A DNA stretch of 64,000 nt. Source: Yuukianura sp. NJ FZ-2021. Taxonomy: Eukaryota. The stretch lies in NCBI GenBank assembly GCA_046563655.1, contig CM102290.1, positions 12,834,001 through 12,898,000 on the forward strand, written 5' to 3'. A program made the position numbers and the translations under genes. Under the pieces are notes generated by a model that saw nothing but the letters and a program-made list of their open reading frames with translations, was not told where the DNA came from and made no database searches. Numbering within the stretch: the first letter of the stretch is position 1; every line of letters starts with the position of its first letter. Shown piece after piece: positions 1 through 20,000 of this stretch.

Positions 1-2001
1 TGATGTCAAATAGTTCGGACCAATTGGAACGAGGATCAGGCTTTCCAGTCTTCATCGCTTTTGAAAGGATTTCATTCACCTTTGAAGCGAATCGGGACTG
101 GTGCTTTTCCGTGTGATCGTCCAGTCCAAACAAAAACCGAAGTAGTAAAGTAATCAATGCAGTGATTCTGATTTCAATCAGGAAATTTAGTCCAGGGGAA
201 ACTTTTTCCTGCCGCAAATCTTGTGTGTCTTCGATGTCTGAGAACATTCGGTGCATTTGTAGCACAAACAGTTCGAATTCAACTACAAATAATCAATTCA
301 TGTAAACACTCTGAATATAGATGACGTTTGATGTACTAAACAGTCTTTCTTACGTGGCAGCGACGAGTCGTGAGTAAACTTCGGCAGGAACTCTTCAAAC
401 TTTGGACACAAAAATCGTTTCACCCCGAGATAATCCAAATATATTTGAATTTCCCGACACAATTTCACAGGGTTCATGTTTTGCAAAAGACCCTTCGTAA
501 TCGTATCATATGAAGCATCAATCTCCAGATTATCTTCCGAAGTCGGATCAATACCGGGAGCAGATTTTACACTTAACGTCCCATCGATAGTTAATCTGTA
601 AGTAAAATTAAAAACAGAGTTTTAAGTTAGGTATTGGTCCTTACATTGCTTTAGAATTGTGGAAACCGATAGACAGTAATAAGTCACCTTATAAAATCCG
701 AAAATACGACGCGGCACCCAATTTGACGACACGCGATGAAAAGTATAATTAAAATCCCTTGTAAACCAAGTCTCTCGTGTCGGAAAAATGATTTTGTAAC
801 TCTTCCTCCTAACACCGAAAGGTGCGATGGCCTGGTAATACAAAGCCGATGTCTGGGTAAAAGGATCTTGAACAGCTTTTTAACGCTTGGTGTAAACGTG
901 GGGGTGACTTTACTGTTTGCGTTCCGTTGTCCTTGTTCTGGAACTATTCCCTCCAAGTCGTTCTGGTTTTGGGATTCCAAGTAAGTTGACTCGAAGGCTT
1001 TGCTCTAATTAATTAAAAATACTAATTTGAGGCCAGGAAAATAACGTCAGCAAAGTTTACGAAACATTTACGCAATCAGCAGTTTAAAATAACGTTCGTT
1101 CTTTTCAAATTCAAGAGCCACACTCACCTTTGATTTTGTTGCTCTCCGGCTGATTGATGCGTTAGTACCCGTTGTTAGTCTAATTCTAGACTTTTTCTTC
1201 CTTTTACTTTTCAGTTGCCAATTGAACAATGCCCGCAAGTTCCTGATAACAAACAGTGAGAGAGAATTTTAGAGTGAGTAAAAATCGGGTCATGGAAAAA
1301 AATCATACGGTCTGTCTTTAACTCCACGAACTGCACAGCAGTAAGCGTGCAATACTAATCTAATAAGTAAGATTACAATATGAACCTGACTTTCTACCCT
1401 TACCACTTGGTTTCTTCTGCAGTGACCAGGAACCCCGAGGTAGATGTTTTATCGTTTTCGTACGATTGACGAACAAGAATACCTCGTCTTAACAGGTAAG
1501 CCTTCCATAGCTGGAAAACTTTCTCTCGCAGAAGTGCAGGAAATCCAATGTTGATTAGTTTCTCAGTCATGGTCTTCAGAATCTTGTTACTGGTTTCCCA
1601 AGTAGTGAATAAAACTTTCTCCTTTCCTAAAAACCAAAAACTACAATTGTTGATCGATAAGTTTAGATTATTAAGCTAGACAGTACAAAGGCAACGAATT
1701 TCAAATTCTTACCTGACGACTTCTTGTTTTCAGCCTTTCCGGCTAATACCGCGGCACGAGTAGACTGCGCAGCTAATCTAACTTGCTCGCCCTCGTCGGC
1801 AGCATATTCTCTCGTTTGCTAGTAAGAAGAACGTAGTGTGTTAGGCTTACTATGAGTATAAATCTTATATATATAACTTATAAATCCACAATTACTAACC
1901 TGTGACTGTGTATTACAAATAAGGCAGTAGTAGAACCCTCCTTCAGAATTGAACTGATCAGAGCCACAAATATCGCAAGAAATGCTTTGTCGAGCAGCCA
2001 T
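1..2001 (-). CDS. TAF1B: RNA polymerase I SL1/core-factor subunit TAF1B (Rrn7-like), multi-exon, 3' part outside window
   Basis: N-terminal zinc ribbon CDICGSDQFNSEGGFYYCLICNTQSQ; after GT-AG splicing, WETSNKILKTMTEKLINIGFPALLREKVFQLWKAYL matches the first cyclin-fold helices of TAF1B. Confidence 0.85.
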
Positions 2002-2278
2002 GTTTACAATATATACTCCGTCTCCGTGTTACGTAAATGAACTGTAACTGAAAAAAAACGAACATATCACATAACCTAAATTCTTGTACAAAGTGTAAAT
2101 AACTTAGTAATCGATTGGTTTCTTACCCGAACCGGTAATTGATTGATACCCCTCGTAGTCAGTTGAATTTTCAACTTTGCGTTTTGTTTACCTAATTGTA
2201 ACTGCTGATTTTCTGGTTGACGTAGGGCCACGGCGTACAATGCAACCGCGACCTTATAAAGAATCAGTTCTGCCTCGG

Positions 2279-2466
2279 CAGTCGAGTTTCTCTCAAAGAG
2301 CAGTAAGCGGATTCGGCGGAATCCGCGGATTGTTATGCATATGACGAAAAACTTAAGGTTTCTGTGTTCCAATTAAGGGCTTTTTGAGGGGTCGTGCTTA
2401 TAAACCTTACATTTTTGCAGTCAGCGGAATCCGTTGAATCCGAGTGAACTCTTTAGGAAGTCACTG
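2279..2466. mobile_element. Degenerate MITE in the TAF1B/SLK divergent region
   Basis: Imperfect terminal inverted repeats (CAGT...AAAGAG...CGGATTC.GCGGAATCCGC versus the reverse complement of the right end). Confidence 0.45.
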
Positions 2467-5400
2467 TCACTGTCATCTAAAATCAATTGTGAATAAGTAA
2501 GTGACGATCAGAATTGAATTAGCATAGATAAGCGAAGACTGTTTTAGTGTAGAATAATTTATGAGATGATATATTGGTACACAGCAGTGTATTGTTCACT
2601 ACCGGTCGCGGCAATCCGTTAACAAGTGTTCGGAAGGTTGTGTTAACGTAATTGTATTTTCTACAACAGGTTGTCGAACAATAACTTTCTACTTCAAAAA
2701 TTTTAAGAAGAAAGTAATTCTTTCCTTTAATTTTTCTCCAATTCTGTTTACGCCTTCTACAATTATTTTTCCAGAGCGGCTGTATTGGAGCGCAACTGAA
2801 GTGCCGAATTCTGCAATTACTCCACCGTGGCTACACAATGGCACTTCTGGTTCCCTTCGACATGTTTTTAAGTGCAGAAATTAAAGCGGACATAGGGAAG
2901 TAAAGTAAAAATTATTCATACGGGGGATGGGCTCGGGCTCCTTTCTACTCTGTCCTGGCCTGCTGAGAGCCTCTATCCTATCCGTATAGCCTTCCGACTC
3001 CACAGCACTTTACACACAAAACTGATACTGACTCATTCTTCATTCAAAAGTGAAATTGAACATGGCTCTGGCAATTAACAGCAGTCACAATCACTAATTC
3101 AATCGATTAGTTCAACCGAGTACCTTCAGTAGAAACTGTCACTGATCCACAACGTCAAACACACCAGCAAACTATTCCTCATCATTTAAAGGTCCAATCT
3201 ACACTTCGTTACCATAAAGTGTCCAGTTAGCCCTACACGGCATATTGTGTAAGTGATAAAACTACTACCAACTTAACAACTTACACCTTACGATTAACAA
3301 TTGGGATCATAACTAAATAGTATTCTTACGACAGAAAGTGTCACATAAGGCTGCACGGTCACGTACGACTCAATCCATCCTGTCCAACTTGATCTCCTAA
3401 GGACTTACAGAAGGGGTAAGTTAAATGTTTAAGTTTGGTACATTTTGTGATGTAATGTAACATAGTAATTGTCGACGATACATCATTTTCCGTAATCAGT
3501 TTTATGTTCAGTGTCATGCTGGGATTCGTCACGGTTAGCTTAACTTGATCTTCATGTTGACTCAAGTTCTAAATTCATGACTCTTTGTCACTGGAGTAAA
3601 CTCTCCAAAGGTCAGGTCATATCCGGTTTTGTACACTTCCAGAATGAGGCTATGACAATTCGCAGCAATTTAGAAATATACAGTACCTGGAAAGTTTTTC
3701 TTTATGTAAAGTTTTTTTTTTCTTTTACTTTACTGGGTTAATTGAATTCTTATCGATTGTCTGCGGGTTTCGGGAGTGACGATGATGTGTAAAAGTGGGA
3801 TCCATTTTTAATTCAAGTAAACATATACTTGTACTTGGGATAACTACGACCATGGGCCCTCGTCAGTACTGGGTAGGCATTACATACATACTAATTTTTA
3901 CAATAGTAGTTGGATTGGATTATCGGTTGTCAGTTCGTGCTTGTTTTTCGGGGCGGGGTCATGAATGACCGGGATAGAAAACTAAAGGCAGGTTCTTGAT
4001 TTAACTGCCGCTCACTTGGGCATTTGCCTTAGGAAAGTTTTCACGTCACGTACGTGCATACACTTACATCGTTACATCTTGCCATGTTTAAGGAGCTTCA
4101 TCTCAACTTTTAACAATGGGCCAATTCCCTATTTCAGGTTGTAAGATGTGATGTTGCGGGGGTACTTACGAGTATACCGGTTCATCTTTTAGGAAGAATT
4201 CATTCCTGATTTCAAGAATGAAATTATGGAGGGGCAACAATGACCGCTCGCGTTGTTTTTATTACAATTTAGTTATTACATTTTTGGTTCACACAGTTTT
4301 TTAATGCTTGACTTCGCTAATCGACAATTATGTAGGGCCAAATCAAAATCTCAACTTAATGTGACCTCTGAATGCTTTGATTTTTTAGTAGTACCTAAAC
4401 ATTAGCTAGAAAAATCCTTTTTAATTTTGGCACATGATGTCACAATTCGTCAAGACAAAACAAGAAATCACGTCATCTTAAATGAAAGCTATTGGCTCCG
4501 AGTCTTTTAGTCTTTGATGCCAATTTGAATCTCTGATTCAAGTACAGCAACGATGCTAATAATACTGTATTTACAGTGTCTCGGAAGTATTAGTAAATGC
4601 TGTTTGTGCTGTCATTACTGCACTTTGCTTAACATCATCATTTTTTGTCACGCTCAGAATGACTAAGCGACAGCCAACTCTGGGAAATGTAAACTTAAGT
4701 ACCACGGGGATGATGAGGGGTTAATTGCAATTAATAATCGTTTAGCCTTATAACCCAACACAATTTCATCATGACCCATTTTCCATGCCTGATCTATTTT
4801 TTCAGTTTTTAGAGATGATGCTGGTTGTCAATAGTCAGTGAAAAGTTTCAGAGTGAAACTCATGTGCCCTGCTGCTCTACTGAAACTTTCAAGTGACCAG
4901 CAGGGCAGACAATAAAGTATGAAAATATCCCACTGTTTTACACCGATTCACAGTTTTAGTCAGTCTGAAAACGAAGTGCTTGGCCATGAATCTTCGTTGT
5001 CATTTATTGCTAAAAGTTGATTTCGTAAAATTTTGTAACCCCACGTACCGCACGTAAAATTGGACGTACAGCACTAGAACGGGGCTGATTTCTGTTTAGT
5101 TTCGGCAATTTGAGAGTTGTGGTACCTATGATGGTCACTATTAGATCTCTTTATGTAGTATTCGGATTAATAATTGCGTGATTTTGCGGATGAGAAGTGG
5201 AACAGCAAAATCGATATCACACTTATCGAGATTATATTGTTCAGACGTAGGATTTGGTACAAATTTTTAGTACTATAATTAGTGTGTAATGGGAACCGAA
5301 TCTGACTCATTCTGTTTGGAGGGTTCCAATGATCCAGAAAGTTCCCATTTTTGGTATTAGTTCGCCCCTTTTCCTACCTTACATCGTTATCATTCGTGAA

Positions 5401-5629
5401 AACACGAGTAATTTTACGCACAATCAGTTGTAAAAACGAATTGGCAGTAAACTGTTTCTTATTTTTTGCAGTTTTTGGAGAGAGTACGACGAAGTACATA
5501 AGGAAATGAACACCGCCGTGGACACACTGGATTGTGGAGCAATTTGAAATTTACAAAAAGATTTGAACCAGTTGCTGATGTGCCTTCGTTTCGGCCTTCT
5601 CGTTACGCTTCATTTGTCCTCAAATCGTG

Positions 5630-13338
<7,709 letters not shown>

Positions 13339-14237
13339 AGGACCTACTGAAGCCCCTTAAGTTCTACTTACCATTAGGATGTAACTGTTTTGACGTATTT
13401 ATTTGATTTGTTAGCCGTTAGTTCCCTTAAGTGCATTCGGATGATTAGAAACTTCTGCTCTTCCAAGACTCGTTACGCTTACGCCTTACAGTTGCTTCTG
13501 GTTCTGATGGTGCCTCTGTTTCTCCAGAGAGAAAAGACGTCTTCCGATAGGAAATTAAGACTTGAATACCAGCCTAAGGCGGTTCTTTCTAGATGCAAGA
13601 CGCCATGTATTCTACCTTATCCTCAGCCTAGGAATTTCTCAATGACAGTGTAGGGTTTTGTTATTGCCAAAAAAAAATCCGTTAATTGGTTGTCATATTT
13701 TTCTGTTTAGAGTTTACCTCTGCTAACCATGAACAAAGAACACCGGGTTAAAGAAACATTAGTTAGATGGTTATTTTTAATAAACAGTTTTGTCGAATGC
13801 GACTGGAGTGAAGGTGATGCTGGCAGTAGTAACCACCGTACATAAGTTGAAATTTGTTTAGGTAGTTACTACTGCTGGGTTGTGATGTTGCTGACAGTAC
13901 ATCGTATTTACTTGGTACAATTACAATCGCTAGGAAGCGATTGTAGAGGTCAACGCAGTCAGATCATGTGATCGTTCCAACAGCTTATTTCAGGCATACG
14001 ATGTAATGCATAGCAACAAGCTCCAGGAAAAAACCAATATAATTGTAATTAACTTTTCAACTGGTTCATTAGCTCTTCTGGACACGATTAGACAACTTTA
14101 ATGTTCTTATAATGCGACGCATCTTTGCAGTACCATTTGGAATGTTACATAAAAAGTACTTGCGAGGACAAGTATTCTTTAGTTTTGTTCATCACTGGAA
14201 TTTAGTAACTTTGTTAACGAAAATCACAAGCTAACGA

Positions 14238-16703
14238 ATGATGGTGACCAGTTTTGGACACTTCGTCGTCATAGTTGCCCTGCTACAGCTTACACGGTAA
14301 GAATTCCTTATAGTTCGTTTTGAATTCATTTGTTAACTTTTGTTTGTTTTTTGTTCCAAGGTTTGCAGTTTGGGCAGACGATGCTTCGCCGCTAGGAAAC
14401 GATGCTTCCGGCTCCGGTGACGCACCAACTATAAACATTACAGATTCGACAGGAGGCGGTGTCAGTATCGTCGTTCCTGGAGCCTCTTCGGATGTCACGT
14501 TTTTGGACGAAACATGTCGCTCCAAAACTTCGGAAGTCGTATCGTCGTTCCGCAATCCGAATTACCCGGGCAAGGAAAACGGTTCACTAATATGTCACCA
14601 TGTTGTGATTCCGCAAGAAGGCTACTGCGGCCTAAGGTTAGTGTATTATTTTATTTATATTATTGTTATTATTATTAGTATATATTATAGTTAGGCTAAT
14701 TATGCAACAATTTCAGGGTGGAGTTCATGGAAGCCACTTTCGCTGCACCAGTAGAAGGATGCTCCACAGATACTTTCCAAATCCTGAACAGCATGGATGC
14801 GCCAGCGGTGATCCAGTGTGGCTATTTAGCTGGTTACCAATGTAAGGCATTCTTTCGAAAAAAAAATTATTAAATATATAGAAAAATGAATAAAAATTAA
14901 TTAAAATAACAAAATTATTCAAAATAATTTCCAGTTTCCGTACGAGCTCGTGCTGGCAGTCGAGTTACGCTTTTGGTAACGAGTCAAACTGAATCTTCCT
15001 GGAGTGTTAAGCTTACGCAGATACAATGTTCCAGTGTTTTGGCAGCCGAAGGTTTGTGTTACTCGAAATCCAACTTACTAATACCATGAAAGTACTGAAC
15101 ATAATATTTGGTGTTCTAAGTCGAGATATCGTTTTCTTGCAGATCTTTTACCCAAGACGTGTGGTGTTCCGGGCGATCCGTCTTCGGCTTTAAGAAATGA
15201 CGTGGAGGATGTGAGAGTGGTTGAGCCAGTGGAACTCCTGAAGTCGTCAATTGATAAGCCGCCATCGTTTCAACCTGAAGCCGCTAGAGGTCTTTTGTTT
15301 AAAAAAACTTGTACTTTTATGTACAGTACATTCTCTAAATAAGCAACTAAAAACCTCAAACCTTTCTCCATTTCTTTTCAATGAGGCCTCAGTGCGGCCT
15401 TAAAGGAAGCCGCACTGAGGCCCACGACAAGAAATGGAGAAAGGGCTGAGGTTTTTAGTTGCTTATTTAGAGAATGAGGTGTACTTCTAATCAATCGAAG
15501 TTCTGATCTGATTTAGAACCGGATGTGTTGCTGCAAAAGGCTGTTTTACGGTACAATACCAACCTCAGAATCGTGAATGGCAATGTGACTGGGGTAACTG
15601 CTGGCTTTAAACGAAAGATACTTTGAATACTTCTGGATTAGCCCTAAAATCGACAATTTCTGTAAAGGTGAACGAATTCCCATGGCAAGTTTTGCTATTA
15701 GTTGGAGGGAAACCTATCTGCGGAGGTTCATTAATATCCGAGTTCTATGTACTGACGGCTGGACATTGCGCTGCTGTCTTGTAAGTTCCAATGTAACTTA
15801 CTTGTTGCAAGTTTCAATCAAGGTGATAATTGGTTTGAATAGAAATGCACTTCCATCGCTGGCTTCTCTTGTGGTTGTGGATTTAGGCGACCACGATCTT
15901 ACCAGTTCAACGGAGAGTCCGAATAGAGCCTATCGTGTGGAAAAGATAATCCCGAACATACAGCACGACGTCGTTATCAACGACATTGCGCTGCTCAAAC
16001 TCAAGAAGAAAGTGGAGTTTACGATTGCCATTGCCCCGATATGTCTCCCTTCAGCACTTGATCTCGGTATTACCTTTAAACTTAACTTCTAAACCACGGA
16101 TTTAACTCAACATCACTTTGCTAAACAGGAACATATGATGGCAAAATGGCTGTGACGAGTGGGTGGGGTAAGACGAGCGACGGCTCAGTTATTTCCCCTG
16201 TTCTTCGAAAAGCTGAATTGCCAATTGTATCGATGGAAGTCTGCAAACAACTTTGGTAAGTTCGTCGCTTAAGTGCTCACTTTTTCCTGCGATAACGCCG
16301 ATAATTTTAACTTTTGTTCTAAATATTGCTTACTTTGTACACTCATTGTTCAAAAATTATGCAGGGAATTGGTCGGGGTGGGCGGCGGAGCTATGATCCA
16401 AGAGTCGATGATTTGTGCTGGCGGGGGTTCAGTGGGTCCATGTAACGTAAGTCAAACGTTTCAATGGGAAACTGCCTACATTCGACCTGCGCGTACTAAT
16501 CACTCAACTTTTGTGTTATTACAATTTAGGGAGATTCTGGTGGGCCATTGATGATCAAAGATTCTAGCACCGGGAAATACAGCCTCATTGGAGTAACAAG
16601 TTTTGGATCACTTCGGGGTTGCGCTCTGGAAGGTGTACCAACCGTTTTCACAAGAGTCCCCGCATTCCTAAACTGGATTCTCCTCAATATTGCTGAAGTT
16701 TAG
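14238..16703 (+). CDS. Secreted CUB-domain S1A serine protease (chymotrypsin/elastase-type pocket)
   Basis: Hydrophobic signal peptide; CUB-like FRNPNYPG...CGLRVEFM...CSTDTFQI...IQCG; activation site NLR|IVNG; triad VLTAGHC, NDIALLKL, GPCNGDSGGP; Gly rather than Asp at the S1 position. Confidence 0.9.
15324..15481. mobile_element. Foldback MITE flanked by TA in a protease intron
   Basis: Almost the whole element is an inverted repeat (CATTCTCTAAATAAGCAACTAAAAACCTCA ... TGAGGTTTTTAGTTGCTTATTTAGAGAATG; inner GGCCTCAGTGCGGC/GCCGCACTGAGGCC). Confidence 0.75.
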
Positions 16704-17050
16704 CACATCTTTGAGTCATTTTATTCCTATATACACAGTACTTCAGAGTAAACAATTATAACTCACAATCATAACAACCATACTACACAAAACATATAGC
16801 ATTGCCATTAACATCGTATTGGTATTGTCAATCCTGCTTGAAGAACTTACGAGTTAAATTAATTAGCTGCACATAGCAATGAGCAAAAAAAAGTGCAAAA
16901 TACAAAATTGATACGGGAACATACCAATACAAAAATGGATCCTAGGAGACTGTGTCTGTAGTAATATTGAGATTCAAACTTTGCAGCGTTCCCGTAAGCC
17001 TATTTCAATCAGACGACAGTGAGTCCGAGTCCATGCTCCCTATTGTATCC

Positions 17051-20000
17051 TCAAGCTAGTAAACAACAGATCAGTGTTAGCTCGCATCAAATCATAAAAC
17101 TAAACGTGAAACTTACTCTTATTGGAGAGTGAACGTTGCGAGCGTAAGAAAGGCGCTCCGTCCTTCGTCAAAGTCGTTTGCGGAGGGCCACGAAGACGAC
17201 TAGTAGATGGACTGACTCCGGCAGTAGGCTTCGGACTAAAAGCAGTCGATGGCCCAGCGGCAGTTGCAATATTGAGAGCATCGACAGTCTTTTCCTCCTT
17301 AGTTGTCATGGACGTTCGGGCACGTTTGTTATCCACGGAAGTCTTAGTTAAGCTTCTGCCAGCTCTTTTTGGTGCCGTTTTTGGAGCAGTAGGTGGCAAA
17401 GAAATCTTCTTGGAAGAGGTTGACGACGTAGAAGATAATCTTGAACGTGATCTGGAGACAGGCCCTTCACTTTCTCTGGGATCTAAATCTGCTTCATCCT
17501 CCTGTTGAAATAAAAGTAACACCAATATTATGTGTATGCAACTTTTAAAGTAAAGGAACCAAGAAAATTAAAAGCAATTCATCTCCAGCTATTACTTACA
17601 TTCATAATCTCCCAAATCTTTTGACTCAACACCTTAACACCAGCTTTCTTCAGAATGGAAGCATTTAGAAGCATCAGATTCAAACTACTAAGAACTTCTG
17701 ATTCAGTCACCAGGGTACCATCCTTGATACTATTCATTACCATTGGAAGTGTGGTATCCCTAAAACATAAATAAAAGCTGTAAGTTTTAAGTTTTTAGGT
17801 AAGTGAATTAGAATCAAAATACGTCTACTTACGCCTTGAAGAATTTGGACATTGTGGCTTTTCCGGAGTTGTCCTTTGCTTTGCGCTTCAAAATGCTACT
17901 TTCCTTCAAGCTCATTACTCGTTCCATTTTACTCAGAAGGTGGCGTTTTTCTTCTTGACTGAAAAAAACGACAATATAACGTTAACACTTATTTAAGTAA
18001 TTATTAATAATTACACATAGTAATAATTATTTAACACTTATTAACGTAAATATTTATTTAAAAAAAACCTGATCCGTTGTGACTGAACTGGCAAACTCAT
18101 GGGAACTTTAATTCGTGCTTGGCTGCTCTTCGTTTCTTTGAATTTGGCCAGGCGTTCTTTCAACAAGGCGAGATCAATTCCAAATTTAAAGAGTTGATCT
18201 GGATCTTCCACGACATTCGTGTCATGATTATCCTTAGCAGTATTTCCGCCGTGTGAAGCAGTATTTCCGCCGTGTGCAGCAGTACTGCGTCTAGCCCTAC
18301 GTAAAAACAATCATCAGTAATGAAGAGCAGTATCTAAGTTTCGAATTCTAACTAAAAATGTATCTGTAATATAACTAATCCGTCTATCTAGAAAACTAAT
18401 GTAAATCCAAAGTACTTTAAAGTAATCTTGCCTCAACTAATTCAATACATGTTAGAGTCAAATACCTGGTCAGGCGTGATGGTTCCACTTTAGGCGTAGT
18501 ATCTTCCACTGGAGAGGGAGAGGCCATGTTTGGCTCCGAATGTGGAAAAAATGTGGTCGCTTCCTTATACAGCATTTCCAGTCGAGAGTTCTGGTTAGGA
18601 AGTAAAGTAAGTCTGGTTATAAGACGCAATACTCAAAAATCTGCGTTCAACTAACCCGAGTTCTTCTTTTCCTCTCACTATTTCGAGCTTTAGCATCAGT
18701 CATTTGTTCATTCGGAGTCTCCACTGGACATTCTACATCCATTGCAGCTTCAGTAGTGGACTCGTTCGTTGCTGGTCGCTCTCTGACGCTAGTAGTCTGG
18801 ACATCATTTTCGTTCTGAAACAAAAACGAATCGGTTAAATTAGTCTCCTGTTAGATTGCAATTTAGTAATTAAGTCCATTGCATAAAGTATGCAGCAATG
18901 CACACAACAAACCTGAGTTGTAACAGAAGGCGTTTCAGCGTCGGCCACATCCAGTAACAAGGTTCCTGCAGTATCCTGGTTTACTATTTCCTCTCCTTCC
19001 TTATCTCCAGATATGGTAGACTTCTGCTCCTCCAATGCGCTGTGTTTGGATTGAACAGAAGACGAGGCATTATTAACTTTGATCACTGCAAATTCCGACA
19101 CTACGACGGCTTGTTCAGCTACGACAGCTCCTGTATCCAAGCATTCAGCATCCTCATTGTCAACAACGTCCTCGTCCACCTCAAGCTCCTCCGCTGTGTC
19201 TTTGGCAAATTCAGGATTCGGTGGAGGTGGTTCCTCTGTGTTATCAATGTCATCATCGGAAGTATCACGTTCCACTGATACATTCTTGGTCATCGGTGGT
19301 GAGACTAGACCATGGTCAGGAAGTTGTTGATCTTCTTCTGTCTCTTGAACTTGTGGGGCACCAGTGCCACTTTCATCATCTGTGTTATCTGACGTCGTCC
19401 GTGCAGAATTTGAATCAGGGTCCATGAGTGCCGTTACATGTTTGATGTTCAGAGCCGGCAGCTGATTGTCACTCTCGGTTCCCGAAGTCGCCACTTCCAT
19501 TTCCTCTGGTTCACTTGTGGCATGAATTTCCGCATCGGCGCCATGGATTTCCTCTTGTAAGACTTTTGCAACCGGAATCGGAGTCATGCGTCTTGGTGGT
19601 GGCGTTTTGTTTACAACGGGTGATTCAAATGAATTGTTCTTCGAGTTAGGTGCGGAAGGAAGCTCCTTATTAGTTTCTGCATCCGAAGATGTAAGAAGAT
19701 CGACACATTCAATTTCAGAACTGCCCGCTGTGTCCATGGACTCTTCTTCCTGATGAGATTCAAGGATTGTGTTAGAACTGATGCCCGTCTTGCACTCAAC
19801 TCCACCGGCATTAGTCTTCTCTATGTGTCCAACAGCCTTTGACGAAGAAGCATCAGCCTTTGTAGGAGACTCTGTTAAATCGATCAGTTCTATCTCTTCT
19901 TCTTCCGACAAATTGGCCATATCTGAAATAAGAATCAAACTATTATTTCACTTTTGACCACAACACCATTTGATCTAACACAGAGTCATTCCAGTATAAC

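Noticed and set aside
622..984. ORFs 622-843 (-) and 736-984 (+)
   Set aside because: Alternative-frame or antisense shadows of TAF1B exons
13922..13945. 10-bp hairpin TACAATCGCT-AGGA-AGCGATTGTA
   Set aside because: A single short stem is compatible with chance
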